A stretch of DNA of 64,000 nt from an uncultured bacterium (GCA_963722385.1 CAVRKK010000001.1:96001-160000), one strand, 5' to 3'. Numbered from the stretch's first letter, positions 1-9,688 are shown. Numbers and translations: made by a program. Notes: a model not told the origin generated them from the letters alone.

Positions 1-400
1 TTAATGAGCCGAGCAGTCCGGGCATTTCCCGCACAATATTCTTTGGTGGCTCGATAACGGGTTTAGTTTCAGGCTTAATTTCCGGAACTTCCGGCATTGG
101 CGGCTTTTTTTCTTCAACAGGTTGTTCGGGTGTTAGGGGCTTGAAGGTCTCAGGGTCAATACCCATACTTCTGAGGTTTGCTTTTGCTTGGCGCTCAAGT
201 TCTGCAATCTCAGCGTCGTCGAGATTTTTCAAGTAATTGAGCATTTCGTCAATTTCTTTTTCCGATATTTCGATAGGTGGCAGTCCAGCTGGCGCGGGAA
301 ATGCGGGCGCTGGAAGGCGCGCATGCAAGAAGATGAGCAAAAAAGCCGTTAGAGCTTTAAAATAGCGTGATGCTTTTTTTAAGAATGTAGTATACTTCAT
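1..400 (-). CDS. Hypothetical secreted protein, Pro/Glu-rich; runs off the window edge
   Basis: Manual translation from ATG at 400: MKYTTFLKKASRYFKALTAFLLIFLHARLPAPAFP...; frame stays open to position 1; signal-peptide-like N-terminus. Confidence 0.7.
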   Translation of the reverse strand, partial: MKYTTFLKKASRYFKALTAFLLIFLHARLPAPAFPAPAGLPPIEISEKEIDEMLNYLKNLDDAEIAELERQAKANLRSMGIDPETFKPLTPEQPVEEKKPPMPEVPEIKPETKPVIEPPKNIVREMPGLLGSL

Positions 401-432
401 GACGTTTCCTCAAATCGTGGCAAGGAAAGGCA

Positions 433-810
433 TTGTCAATATTGCCTATTTTTAATTTTAAGCTTTGGCGCTGCCAAAGTCAACAAACCGGTTTTATTCT
501 GCTCGAGTCAGCTCTTGCAATAGGTATTATAGCGCTTTTGATGGGATCTTTCATGCTTTTGTTGAGTAATGCTTCGTATCATGGTGCGTACGCTCGCCAC
601 AAAGCGCAATCAATCAGATTTGTGCGCTCGGTGGTTGCACGGTTGATGATGGAGAATGATGTTGGCCCTGAGCGTATTATTAAGGGTGCTGGATGTACGG
701 TTAATATTCAGATGCGCCCTGACGGTTCTTATAAGCGGTACTGGCATATATACGTGCATGTTATATGGCAGCATGGGGAATATAGTTTGTATACAGGTAT
801 GCTTCGATGA
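433..810 (+). CDS. Prepilin/pseudopilin-like protein
   Basis: QQTG|FILLE followed by a hydrophobic helix, the type IV prepilin cleavage motif with Glu at +5; start uncertain. Confidence 0.7.
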   Translation: MSILPIFNFKLWRCQSQQTGFILLESALAIGIIALLMGSFMLLLSNASYHGAYARHKAQSIRFVRSVVARLMMENDVGPERIIKGAGCTVNIQMRPDGSYKRYWHIYVHVIWQHGEYSLYTGMLR

Positions 811-1292
811 AGAAGGGCTTTTTTATGCTTGAGCTGCTTATATCAGTAGCTCTCGGTGGGTTAATCGCCTTGCTTGGTGCACAAGCTGCTGTTTTTTTGA
901 GCATGCAGTCACGTGAGGTGCTTAAGAAAAACACTGGCTTTTTGGCTCTTTTGCACGCATCTTATTTTTTGGAGCGGACGTTAGCGCGCGCGCCGCGCGA
1001 TAAAAACCTGTGGTCTTTAATGGATGCTACCTGTATTGCTTGGCGAGTAGGCAATCGCCGGTGCTCATTGTGCTTGGAGCATGGAACTCTTTTTTTTGTT
1101 GAGCGGGTTGATTTTGAAAGGAGGACCAAGGCGGTCGTTCTTAAGAATGTGAGCACGCTTGCCTTTAATTTTTACCGTGGGATGGGGGGTGTTACCGGCC
1201 TGTCCTATGTTCTTGGTTGTTCTGGACAGATGATAAAAGGTGATATTTGTTTTGCAGGAAGCCGTCAGTTTGCGGTTGTTGGGGTGGCGTGA
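807..1292 (+). CDS. Prepilin-type N-terminal cleavage/methylation domain protein (minor pseudopilin)
   Basis: MKKG|FFMLELL plus hydrophobic helix; ATGA overlap with the upstream gene. Confidence 0.8.
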   Translation: MKKGFFMLELLISVALGGLIALLGAQAAVFLSMQSREVLKKNTGFLALLHASYFLERTLARAPRDKNLWSLMDATCIAWRVGNRRCSLCLEHGTLFFVERVDFERRTKAVVLKNVSTLAFNFYRGMGGVTGLSYVLGCSGQMIKGDICFAGSRQFAVVGVA

Positions 1293-1696
1293 TGCAGCTT
1301 GTTTTTGTAGTATTTTTATCGCTTCTCTTGAGCATTTTTAGCTTAAGTATCTGGCAAGGGGTTGAGCACTTTTGTGATGACGCGCATTATTATTTTCAAG
1401 CCGAAGAACATGCTTTATTATTGGATGGGCTTGTGTGGTATGGCATAGCGATATTGGCGCAAGACCATCTCATGCGAAGGGCTTTGGAAGATGGGCCTGT
1501 CAGGCGCCATGAAAGCCCATGGCGGGGCCATGTTGCTGGCTATGAACCCATTGGGAGTTTGAGCTATACCAAAAATGAGCTTGGTAAGTATGTTTTAGTT
1601 GCTTCTCTTCGCTTAGCTGGTGATAGTGGCTGTGAGCGAACTATTGATTTAGGTTGGCTGTCGGAGAAGGGGGTTTTGGAGATTGTTCCTTCCTAG
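1292..1696 (+). CDS. Probable minor pseudopilin (GspK/PilX-like position)
   Basis: ATG 1292 overlaps the upstream stop (TGATG); N-terminal hydrophobic helix without Glu+5; third gene of the pilin cluster. Confidence 0.5.
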   Translation: MQLVFVVFLSLLLSIFSLSIWQGVEHFCDDAHYYFQAEEHALLLDGLVWYGIAILAQDHLMRRALEDGPVRRHESPWRGHVAGYEPIGSLSYTKNELGKYVLVASLRLAGDSGCERTIDLGWLSEKGVLEIVPS

Positions 1697-1777
1697 ATCA
1701 ATTTTTTTCGTTTTGGGGTATACTGTAAGCTATGTTTTGAAAAAAGTTTTTTTGTATTCGTGTTAGAGGGAGCGCTC

Positions 1778-2227
1778 ATGAAGGTATTTCTTTTAGCCGA
1801 TGTTGACCGCGTAGGTATGTCTGGTGAAATCATTACTGTTTCTGATGGCTATGCTCATAATTTCTTGCTGCCGCGTAAATTAGCGATAGAGGTGACGGCT
1901 TCTAATGAGCATTCATTTGCTCGTCGTACGCGCCTTATTGAGAAAAGGCATGAGGTGATTGAGTCAAAATCATCGATGCTTGCTGAGCGTATTAAAGGTA
2001 CCAAGCTTGTCTTGAGTCGCAAGGTCCATAATGGCGATCGGCTTTACGGTGCCATTAGTTCTGGTGATATTGTTGACCTTTTGGCTGGTCATGGTATTTC
2101 CGTTGCGAAGAATCAGGTAATTATGGATAAAGCAATTAAGAAGATTGGTGTTTATACTGTTGCTATTAAGCTGTCTTCGCGCTTACAGCCTGCTTTAACG
2201 CTTGAGATAAAGGCTGAGGCTTTATAA
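1778..2227 (+). CDS. rplI: 50S ribosomal protein L9
   Basis: MKVFLLADVDRVG..GEIITVSDGYAHNFLLP and LYGAIS..DI motifs; adjacent to dnaB. Confidence 0.97.
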   Translation: MKVFLLADVDRVGMSGEIITVSDGYAHNFLLPRKLAIEVTASNEHSFARRTRLIEKRHEVIESKSSMLAERIKGTKLVLSRKVHNGDRLYGAISSGDIVDLLAGHGISVAKNQVIMDKAIKKIGVYTVAIKLSSRLQPALTLEIKAEAL

Positions 2228-2253
2228 TTTTTTTGTGATCAGGGGGCAGGGAT

Positions 2254-3612
2254 ATGCTGAGTAGGCATAGCAATTCGGCCAATGAAAAGATCTTGGGCAA
2301 GTCCCTTCCCAGTAGTATAGATGCTGAGCGTGCTGTTTTGGGTGCGCTTTTATTGAATGATTCTCGGCTTGGCGAAATGTTGGAGATTCTTTTTCCTGAG
2401 AATTTTTATTTGCCGGCCCATCGCTTTATTTATCAGGCAATGGCAAGTCTTGCGGCGCGTCAGCAGCGGATTGACTTGATTACTCTGCAGGATGAGCTTG
2501 AAAAAAATCAAGCTTTGTCGGCGAGTGGCGGGGTTGCCTATTTGATAACGCTCCAGGAGGATATACCCGCCGTTGGTTTACTTGAGCAGCATGCGCGCCT
2601 TGTTAAAGACAAGGCTCTGCTGCGAGAGCTTATCAACTCAGCAAGCTCTATTATTGCCAATTGTTACACTCAGGATGACCGTGCGATCGAGGCGGTTATT
2701 GACGAGGCTGAGAAGACAATTTTTAGCCTGTCGGCGCAGCGCTCTGCACAGAATTTTGTGCAGCTTAACATTTGGCTTAAGCGCACTTTTCAAACGCTGT
2801 CGGAGATGAAGGGGCATTCTAGTGGTATTACTGGTATCGCCGCTGGTTTTAAAAAGCTCGATGAGATGACCTCGGGGTTTCAGAAAAGTGATTTAATTAT
2901 TCTGGCTGCTCGGCCTTCGATGGGTAAGACGGCCTTAGGGCTCACCTTGGCTGATTACGCTGCGCGTGCAGGGTGCGCCATCGGTTTTTTTTCACTTGAG
3001 ATGTCGGCTGAGCAAATTACTCTACGGTTATTGTCCGGGACCTCGGGTGTTCCCTTGCATAATATTCGTAATGCCACCGTTAATTCTGATCAGTGGATAG
3101 ATCTTACCAATGCTGCTGCCCAGATGGCTTGCCGCAAGCTTTTTATCGATGATGGTGCCGTTCAGTCGGTGCTGGATATTCGTTCGAAGGCCCGAAGATT
3201 GAAGCAGGAGCATGGATTAGATCTCTTAGTTGTTGACTATTTGCAGCTGATTCATACCCAGCGGCGCTATGAGAACAGGCATCAGGAGGTTTCTGAAATT
3301 TCACGTGCGTTGAAGGGGCTTGCAAAAGAGCTTAATATACCAGTTATTGCGTTGTCTCAGCTATCGCGCGCTGTTGATAGCCGCGTGGATAAGCGGCCGC
3401 TGTTGTCAGACCTTAGAGAGTCAGGTGCTATTGAGCAGGATGCTGACCTTATTATGTTTTTATATCGGGATAGTGTCTATAATCCTCACGCTGAGAATCC
3501 CTCTTTGGCAGAGCTTATTATTGGTAAGCAAAGAAACGGTCCTACGGGGACCGTTTATCTTAACTATTTACGTGAGTGTACGCTCTTTGAAGATTGCGAG
3601 CAACCGGATTAA
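2254..3612 (+). CDS. dnaB: Replicative DNA helicase
   Basis: AARPSMGKT Walker A, FFSLEM, VVDYLQL, LSQLSR, DLRESGAIEQDAD, KQRNGPTG. Confidence 0.98.
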   Translation: MLSRHSNSANEKILGKSLPSSIDAERAVLGALLLNDSRLGEMLEILFPENFYLPAHRFIYQAMASLAARQQRIDLITLQDELEKNQALSASGGVAYLITLQEDIPAVGLLEQHARLVKDKALLRELINSASSIIANCYTQDDRAIEAVIDEAEKTIFSLSAQRSAQNFVQLNIWLKRTFQTLSEMKGHSSGITGIAAGFKKLDEMTSGFQKSDLIILAARPSMGKTALGLTLADYAARAGCAIGFFSLEMSAEQITLRLLSGTSGVPLHNIRNATVNSDQWIDLTNAAAQMACRKLFIDDGAVQSVLDIRSKARRLKQEHGLDLLVVDYLQLIHTQRRYENRHQEVSEISRALKGLAKELNIPVIALSQLSRAVDSRVDKRPLLSDLRESGAIEQDADLIMFLYRDSVYNPHAENPSLAELIIGKQRNGPTGTVYLNYLRECTLFEDCEQPD

Positions 3613-3614
3613 TG

Positions 3615-3890
3615 CTAGATTATTTCTTGTTCCAGCAACACACCGTATGAACACTGGGCTGCGCAGTGTGTATGTGAATCACCATTAAGAGGCATTAGGC
3701 AGCACTTTTCATGCTTCTTGCACTTTGTCTGACATTTCTTATTAACTGCTCTGATATGGGCTTCTTCTTTGGAGAGTTTTTCCTTTTGCTCCTTTTCTTT
3801 TTGTTCTTTTTCGTGGTTGCTAAGTAAGGCGCCTGAGGCAAGGCAGAGTGTTATTAAGGTGGTTGATTGTAGTAATGTTTTGCTTTTCAT
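3615..3890 (-). CDS. Small secreted Cys/His-rich hypothetical protein
   Basis: Signal-peptide-like N-terminus; AAGGAG RBS; C-terminal CxxxC..CC..CxxxC. Confidence 0.65.
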   Translation of the reverse strand: MKSKTLLQSTTLITLCLASGALLSNHEKEQKEKEQKEKLSKEEAHIRAVNKKCQTKCKKHEKCCLMPLNGDSHTHCAAQCSYGVLLEQEII

Positions 3891-3996
3891 GATATTCTCC
3901 TTCAGGCTATTATGTGTTAGTGGCTTTTATTTTTCATATTATCATTATATGCTTTTATTTTTCAATAATTTTTTTATTTTCGATTAGAGGCGTTTT

Positions 3997-4467
3997 GTGA
4001 TTATCTTAGCGATCGATCCGAGTGTGGTATGTGCTGGGTTTGCCGTTCTTGGGAAAGGGGGCGGCCGTATTTTGTTATTGGACTCTGGTTTGGTTAAGTT
4101 ATCATCTGGGCTTGGGTTGCCTGAGAGGCTTGCCCGATTATATGAAGTTTTTGATTCTAAAGTTACCGAGTGGCAGGTTACGGATCTTGTTTTAGAGACG
4201 CCGTTTTTGGGGAAGAATGCTCAAAATTTTTTAAAGTTAGGGTATGTTCGTGGTATTCTCTACTTAATTGCTCATCGATATGGGCTGCGGCTGCATGAAT
4301 TTTCTCCACGTGAAATAAAGCATGCGCTGACGGGCTTTGGTGGGGCGGATAAGGAGCAGATTTCGCGAGTAATTTTGACGCTTTTCCCGGGGTTTGTGCG
4401 TCCCGAGCAATTTGATGTTACGGATGCTATTGCTTTGGCTCTTTGTTGTTTGTGGCGCTACTGTTAA
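3997..4467 (+). CDS. ruvC: Holliday junction resolvase
   Basis: ILAIDP, VLE, REIKHALTGFGGADKEQI, DVTDAIALA. Confidence 0.93.
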   Translation: MIILAIDPSVVCAGFAVLGKGGGRILLLDSGLVKLSSGLGLPERLARLYEVFDSKVTEWQVTDLVLETPFLGKNAQNFLKLGYVRGILYLIAHRYGLRLHEFSPREIKHALTGFGGADKEQISRVILTLFPGFVRPEQFDVTDAIALALCCLWRYC

Positions 4468-4546
4468 TTTTTTTATATTATTCTTGTGTTTTTTTGGCCA
4501 GTTTGCTTATATTGAGCGGCGTGTTGGTTGCTATGGTGGCATTGTT

Positions 4547-4954
4547 ATGTCTGAGAAGCTTTTATTTATTAACTCGCTTGCTTCTGATGAGCTTTTGGTG
4601 TTGCAGGATAGTTTTTTTCAGCCCGGGTTTCATCTAGTGGTAGTGCCATCATGTTCTTTTGGGCGCTCGCTTATGCGGACGTTTGCTTTTTGTTCTCGTA
4701 CTTGTTTATCGGTAGCGTGTTTAAGTGATGATTCATTTTTTATGATCGAGGGAGTTGTGCCGTTATTTGATGGTATTCCTACGGTTGCTTATGTTGATAG
4801 CTATTTGTTGTGCGATTTTTTTTATGAGCTGTGTTGGATTGAGTATACGCCGGAGTTATTTAGTTCGCCTTGGTTTCGGCATTTTTCTAGGCGGGTTTAT
4901 GATTTTAATCTTACTAATGCTTCTTCTTTTGTTGTTTTTATTCCGATTTGTTAG
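4547..4954 (+). CDS. Hypothetical protein
   Basis: Open frame from ATG 4547; possible degenerate P-loop-like segment (VVVPSCSFGRSLM). Confidence 0.5.
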   Translation: MSEKLLFINSLASDELLVLQDSFFQPGFHLVVVPSCSFGRSLMRTFAFCSRTCLSVACLSDDSFFMIEGVVPLFDGIPTVAYVDSYLLCDFFYELCWIEYTPELFSSPWFRHFSRRVYDFNLTNASSFVVFIPIC

Positions 4955-6440
4955 GGTGCGCTCGTCTCCGTTCCCGCTGTCCTGGCTCCCTTTTTTTGTC
5001 GCGGTGAACATTGTGGGTACTCGTCTTGCGCTGTTTTGGCGATTTTAAGGTTCTTTTTTTTAGCAGGTGTTGGAGGCAGGCGCGCAGGGCTGCTTGCAGC
5101 GAGTGCTGCTTGCTTTTTTTTGTACGCCCGGTGACCTGAGCAAGGTGCGGGTCGAGTTGATGTGGCGCTGGTTGCTTGAGTAAGTAGTCTTTTAGATTCT
5201 TAAGAATTTCTTCGAAGCTACCCTCAAGCCTTCTGCTCTTTATGCGCTTTTTTGTTGCATTCATGGCATGGAGCATGAAGAGAGCGGTACGTATATCGAG
5301 CACGCCATGGAGCGATGCTTGGGGCGGGATATGAGGTATCTGAACGGCGGCTGCTTTAAAAATTGCCATAAGCTGCTGCTTTGAAAAAGCGAGCCTAAAT
5401 TCTGCGAGAGCGAGAGCGAGCGCGCCGGCGACGATAGCGGCGGCAGCGGACGTGCCGCTCAGAAATAAGTATGGGGTGGCGGAGCCTGGTACTGGTACAG
5501 CTGTTGAGAGGATGTCAACCCCGGGGGCAAGGAACGTTGGGCCTTTAGCTGGTTCGTATTGTGAAAAAGTTGGTAGGAAGCACGTATTATCTTGCTCATT
5601 GATGCCAAATGCCCCGACCGATAAGGTAATTGCGTCAAACCGTGCCGGGTATGCTAATTGCGCTGTATTCCCGCCATTTCCCGCCGCTGCTATGGTATAG
5701 GGAACTTTGTGTAGTAGGTCATTTATGTAAGCAGATGCCGGTGAATCAGGTATGATAGCGTCATCTATCTTGAGGCTTAAGAGCAGAATATCTGCCCTAA
5801 GCTCGATTGTCTTTTTTATTGCTGCTATCAGTGTTTCTTTGTCGCTCGTGCCGCTATCATCGAATGCCTTGATCATAATGATCTCTGCTTTTGGGCAAAG
5901 CGAGGACTCCGTCCCCTGAGCATGGGGGTTCTTCTGGGCAGCAAGAATTCCATAGGTATGGGTTCCGTGTGCTTGCGTAGGATTATATTCCTGTTGGCTC
6001 AGCATGGTAATTGGTGCGGCCAAAGGCAGTAACGCATTGCTTGTTATATCGAGGTTGCTCCAAGCATGCTTATAGCGGCATTTTAGGTCCGGGTGCGCTC
6101 TATGCTTGTTGTCTTTCGTGGTGTAGGCGGCTAGTCCAGTATCGATAAGGGCGAGGCGCACCCCTGAGCCGCGCCGTGGTGCCAGCTGGCGCAGGCTAAA
6201 CTGATGCGGTAGGTAGGAGCAACATGCCTGCCCGGGGTTGGTGGCGAGACCTACGGTAGGAAATGCAAAGTGCCACCAGAATTTTCGTGAGGCTGGGGTA
6301 TTTTTTTGAGGCAGCTGGTCGCTGCAGTACAGTTGGCAGGGTTTATTCCGAAGCGCCGGTCGGAATGGGTGTCCTGTCCAGGCACCGTTCATGCTCTGTG
6401 TGAGCGTGGCGATTAAGCTAATTATCTTTGTTGTCTTCAT
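4938..6440 (-). CDS. Subtilisin-like S8 serine peptidase, secreted
   Basis: Triad motifs LALIDTG, HGTHTYG, SGTSAAA and oxyanion AAAGN; probable start MKTTKIISL. Confidence 0.9.
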   Translation of the reverse strand: MKTTKIISLIATLTQSMNGAWTGHPFRPALRNKPCQLYCSDQLPQKNTPASRKFWWHFAFPTVGLATNPGQACCSYLPHQFSLRQLAPRRGSGVRLALIDTGLAAYTTKDNKHRAHPDLKCRYKHAWSNLDITSNALLPLAAPITMLSQQEYNPTQAHGTHTYGILAAQKNPHAQGTESSLCPKAEIIMIKAFDDSGTSDKETLIAAIKKTIELRADILLLSLKIDDAIIPDSPASAYINDLLHKVPYTIAAAGNGGNTAQLAYPARFDAITLSVGAFGINEQDNTCFLPTFSQYEPAKGPTFLAPGVDILSTAVPVPGSATPYLFLSGTSAAAAIVAGALALALAEFRLAFSKQQLMAIFKAAAVQIPHIPPQASLHGVLDIRTALFMLHAMNATKKRIKSRRLEGSFEEILKNLKDYLLKQPAPHQLDPHLAQVTGRTKKSKQHSLQAALRACLQHLLKKRTLKSPKQRKTSTHNVHRDKKREPGQRERRRAHPNKSE

Positions 6441-6485
6441 AGTGCTTTTAGCGTAGCATGGCGAGGTTTCTGTTCTCAAGAGCAG

Positions 6486-6716
6486 CGAATTGAATAAATG
6501 GCGCCTGCGCGGCCGACTTCGCCAAGGCTACGATGGGAACGCTTGCGCAGCGGGCGCGCCTGTGCGGCGGGCAGCAGGGCGGCGGCCCTGCACCCACACC
6601 AATATGCGTAGTAGCATACGATGTCTCCGTATTGCTCTATCTTTTATCTTTTCTCGCGTCATAACCATGCGGGGCGCATGATTATGACAAACGCAATTTT
6701 CCTGGCGGAAAAATAG
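6486..6716. repeat. Multi-hairpin intergenic repeat, copy A (partial)
   Basis: Shares blocks cgcctRtgcggcgggcagcagggc..gccctgcacccacacca and gYcRtaaccatgc..gcatgattaYgRc with copies at 9.27 kb and 13.43 kb. Confidence 0.9.
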
Positions 6717-6761
6717 ATTCTTCTTCTGCAGCAAGTGCTCTACCCAAAATTTTTAAGAAAT

Positions 6762-6797
6762 AAAAAACCACCACGCTAGCTTGCGCCAGCGTGGTGG
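6762..6797 (-). terminator. Intrinsic terminator (dnaN-recF and small transcript)
   Basis: ccaccacgct (6768-6777) pairs with agcgtggtgg (6788-6797); six-U tract on the minus strand. Confidence 0.85.
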
Positions 6798-6886
6798 AAA
6801 AAAGGAGAGTAGTAATGAAGCCTAATTGAGTATGAAGCGATTTTGAATTTTTGCCGGTTCTGCCAGCTCTTTTCTAATCTCTTCAT
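6762..6886 (-). ncRNA. Candidate small RNA (or leaderless 36-aa ORF 6776-6886)
   Basis: Bounded by a TTGACA-16-TATCAT promoter and an intrinsic terminator; contains anti-SD seed UCAUUACUACUCUCCUU. Confidence 0.5.
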
Positions 6887-6892
6887 GATTTA

Positions 6893-6920
6893 ATGATACC
6901 TGTTTTTTTTTCTTTGTCAA
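6893..6920 (-). promoter_or_regulatory. Sigma70-type promoter
   Basis: TTGACA (6920-6915), 16-nt spacer, TATCAT (6898-6893). Confidence 0.7.
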
Positions 6921-6969
6921 CATATTAAAAAAAGGAAAATGCGTGAAAGCCGCACCTTGTTTCAAAGGG

Positions 6970-8037
6970 TCAATAGGCAGGAAGCGCAATACGTTCATAA
7001 TCGTAGCGGGTGCATATTTCCTGGAGCGGTGCATGGGGAATGGGTGAGGTTATGAGAATTTGTGTCTGGTACGACGTGAGAAGCTTGAAAAAGCGGTCGA
7101 GTCGCTCATGGTCCAAATCCGAAACAACATCATCGAGCAAAAAGACGCAGGACTGCGGATGTTGCGTCGCAGGCTGCGCCACCTTGAGCAACATGGCCAG
7201 CAGTTTTTGCTGCCCGCGAGAAGCGTAGACTCGTGATGACTTTTGCGATAGGAGCGTCACGTAGTCGTCAAGATGTGCTCCGAATAATGTTCTTCGCGCG
7301 GCTTGCTCCATTCTCAACGTGTTCATGTCGTGCTGTAGTATTTCCTTAGGCTTGTAGGTTAGCTGAACCTTAAGCTGCTCACGGTCGAAGAAGAGCGCTA
7401 TCAGGTTATTAAGCCTCTGCTCAAGAGCGATGAGGACTTCCTGCCGTTTAAGTCGGACTGCCTGTGTTATGGCCAAGAGCTGCTCGGTCCATAATTGGTA
7501 GGAGTCGTAGTCGAGGCGGCTGGCAACAAGGAGTGCGTTGCGTTGCTCAAGAATGCTCAGGTATTTTCGGAGGAGTACTGGGTAGTCCGGGTCGATCAAC
7601 ATTATTGCTTGGTCCAAAAAGGCACGCCTGACCTCCGGTGCTCCTTTAATAAGAAGCATATCCTCATCAGTCATTGCAATGACGCGATAAAGTGTTATCA
7701 GCTCCTTATACGATTTAAGAGGGGCATCATTAATTTTTATGAGGCGCTTTGACTGTTTGCCTTGCTCAGGAGAGTAACCTGCGGTGATACTAATAGGCAG
7801 CCCGTTGTTGTTATCGATCTGCAGCTTGATTGAAAAGGCGCTTGCGCCAAAGTTCACCAGGTCACGCGTTGTTCGCGTTTTGAACGAGCGCAAGTAACAG
7901 GCATAATGGAGAGACTCAAGCAGCGAGGTCTTGCCAGAACCGTTAGGGCCTTCGATGAGAACAAGGTTCTTGTTAAAAGGGACCTCCAGGCTTGTAAAGC
8001 AGCGGAAATTTTTTAGAGCAGCTGATAGTATATGCAT
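6970..8037 (-). CDS. recF: DNA replication and repair protein RecF
   Basis: NFR, GPNGSGKTSLLE, SRGQQK, LLDDVVSDLD; follows dnaN. Confidence 0.95.
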   Translation of the reverse strand: MHILSAALKNFRCFTSLEVPFNKNLVLIEGPNGSGKTSLLESLHYACYLRSFKTRTTRDLVNFGASAFSIKLQIDNNNGLPISITAGYSPEQGKQSKRLIKINDAPLKSYKELITLYRVIAMTDEDMLLIKGAPEVRRAFLDQAIMLIDPDYPVLLRKYLSILEQRNALLVASRLDYDSYQLWTEQLLAITQAVRLKRQEVLIALEQRLNNLIALFFDREQLKVQLTYKPKEILQHDMNTLRMEQAARRTLFGAHLDDYVTLLSQKSSRVYASRGQQKLLAMLLKVAQPATQHPQSCVFLLDDVVSDLDHERLDRFFKLLTSYQTQILITSPIPHAPLQEICTRYDYERIALPAY

Positions 8038-8050
8038 GAAAACCCAATAG

Positions 8051-9166
8051 CTAGCCCATAGGGGCGACGGGCATGACCAGGTAGGTCACTTCCAGATCGC
8101 TTGCCTGAGCCTCAAAGATGATTGGCCGCGTATTATTTTTTAGGAAGAATGTAAGCGTGTCATGGGAGAATGACTGGAGGCCATTGAGGAGGTAGGGTGC
8201 GTAAAACCGTATATCGAGCTCATCGGCAAAGCCGGCCACGGGTAGTTCCTCATCAAGCGTGCCAACTTCTTTGTTGTGGACCGATACGCGTAGTTTTTCA
8301 GGAGAGAAGGTAAACTTGGTTGCCAGAAACTGCCCAGAGAGCAGGCACACCGACCGCCTCAGTGTTTTAACAAAGCGGTTACGATCCACCGTCGCTGGTG
8401 TAAAGGACGTTTTATCCAAGATTGACTGGTACTGTGGGAATGAGTCGCTGAGCAGCTTGGTAAAAAAGTTGAACAGCTCGCCGGAAAATACAAGCTGGTT
8501 GCCGCATATTCCCAAAAAGAGCGTTTGGTCTTGATAAGAATCTAAGATTTTTTTAAGTTCAAAGATTGCTCTTCGGGGCAGGAGCCAGGTGCGTGGCGCT
8601 TGCAGGCAGTGCTTGGACGAGCGCGCCTGGGCGAGGCAGTGGCCGTCGGTTGTTGTCATGGTGAGCTCCTGCTCAGATATTTCGAGGAGCAGACCGTTTA
8701 AAGCAGGGTTTGCGTTGTTCTGAGGTATCAAAAAGGCTACGCTATCCAAAATTTTAAGAAAGAGCGGCGCTTCGAGGTGCATAAGGTTTTCGATACGCTC
8801 AGGAAAGGGCGGGAATTCGTGTGGGTCCTTGATATTGAGCGCAAGGTTAACCGCGCCTGCTTGCAATACAAGCTGCTGTTGGTTTAAGAAGCATGTTATC
8901 GAGCCTTCAAGCTCTTTTACTATTTCGAATATGCGCTTTCCTGGAACCAAGAAGGTCTCTGGTTCAGTCAACGTACTTTCTGCAAGCAACAAGCTTGCCT
9001 GAAGGCTTATTTCCAGGTCGGTGCTTTTGAGCACGAGTTCTTTGTAGCCAACCTGGAACAGGATGCATGAGGTTGCCTCGAGCGTGGTGCGTTTTGTGCA
9101 AATAGGTTGCATTGATGCTAAGGAGTTCAGTAAGTTCTTTTGGTCGACAACGAAGCGCTTTTCCAT
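8051..9166 (-). CDS. dnaN: DNA polymerase III beta sliding clamp
   Basis: STDLEI, TTDGHCLA, FPQY, C-terminal YLVMPV; 371 aa. Confidence 0.96.
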   Translation of the reverse strand: MEKRFVVDQKNLLNSLASMQPICTKRTTLEATSCILFQVGYKELVLKSTDLEISLQASLLLAESTLTEPETFLVPGKRIFEIVKELEGSITCFLNQQQLVLQAGAVNLALNIKDPHEFPPFPERIENLMHLEAPLFLKILDSVAFLIPQNNANPALNGLLLEISEQELTMTTTDGHCLAQARSSKHCLQAPRTWLLPRRAIFELKKILDSYQDQTLFLGICGNQLVFSGELFNFFTKLLSDSFPQYQSILDKTSFTPATVDRNRFVKTLRRSVCLLSGQFLATKFTFSPEKLRVSVHNKEVGTLDEELPVAGFADELDIRFYAPYLLNGLQSFSHDTLTFFLKNNTRPIIFEAQASDLEVTYLVMPVAPMG

Positions 9167-9264
9167 GGTTTTTAATTCTTTTAAGTTATCGCAATTTTTT
9201 CTTTAGTATAGCAGACATCTTTCTTAGCGAAAAGTGTAATTCGCTGTATCGCCCGCGCGAAATA

Positions 9265-9688
9265 TCGCCTACGCGGCGAGCGCGCCTATGCGGCGGGCAG
9301 CAGGGCGCGGCCCTGCACCCACACCAGTATACACGTAAGCGAAGGGCTTGGTTATTGCTCACTGCTCGGTTTTTCTCTTTTAATGTCATAACCATGCAGG
9401 GCGCATGATTATGACAAACGCAATTTTCCTGACGGAAAATAGAAAGCGATATTAAATTTTTATCATGCAGCGCATGATAATGGCGTAAGTTATCGTACGC
9501 TTTGGCGAACGATAACTACACACACCAAGCCTGTAAGCATAACGCTTTGGGGATCGCTAAGGGACGATGTCCCTTAGCCGCTAGCCGCGCAGGCGATTTA
9601 ATTCGATTCGCTTTTGCTGGATCATATCTACGGTGCCCATTCCCGACTTCGCCGAGGCTACGTCGGCCGCGCAGGCGATTCGATTCGA
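9265..9688. repeat. Multi-hairpin intergenic repeat, copy B (longest)
   Basis: 9420-9639 is identical by eye to 13570-13789; at least six hairpins. Confidence 0.92.

Noticed and set aside
6602..6657. Variable linkers in the repeat copies as CRISPR- or guide-like spacers
   Set aside because: Linkers A and B still share tattgctc and ttttctc, lengths differ (56, 58, 41 nt), the copies are dispersed, and no cas or TnpB gene is present.
9167..9265. oriC upstream of dnaN
   Set aside because: No dnaA and no TTATCCACA-type boxes seen.
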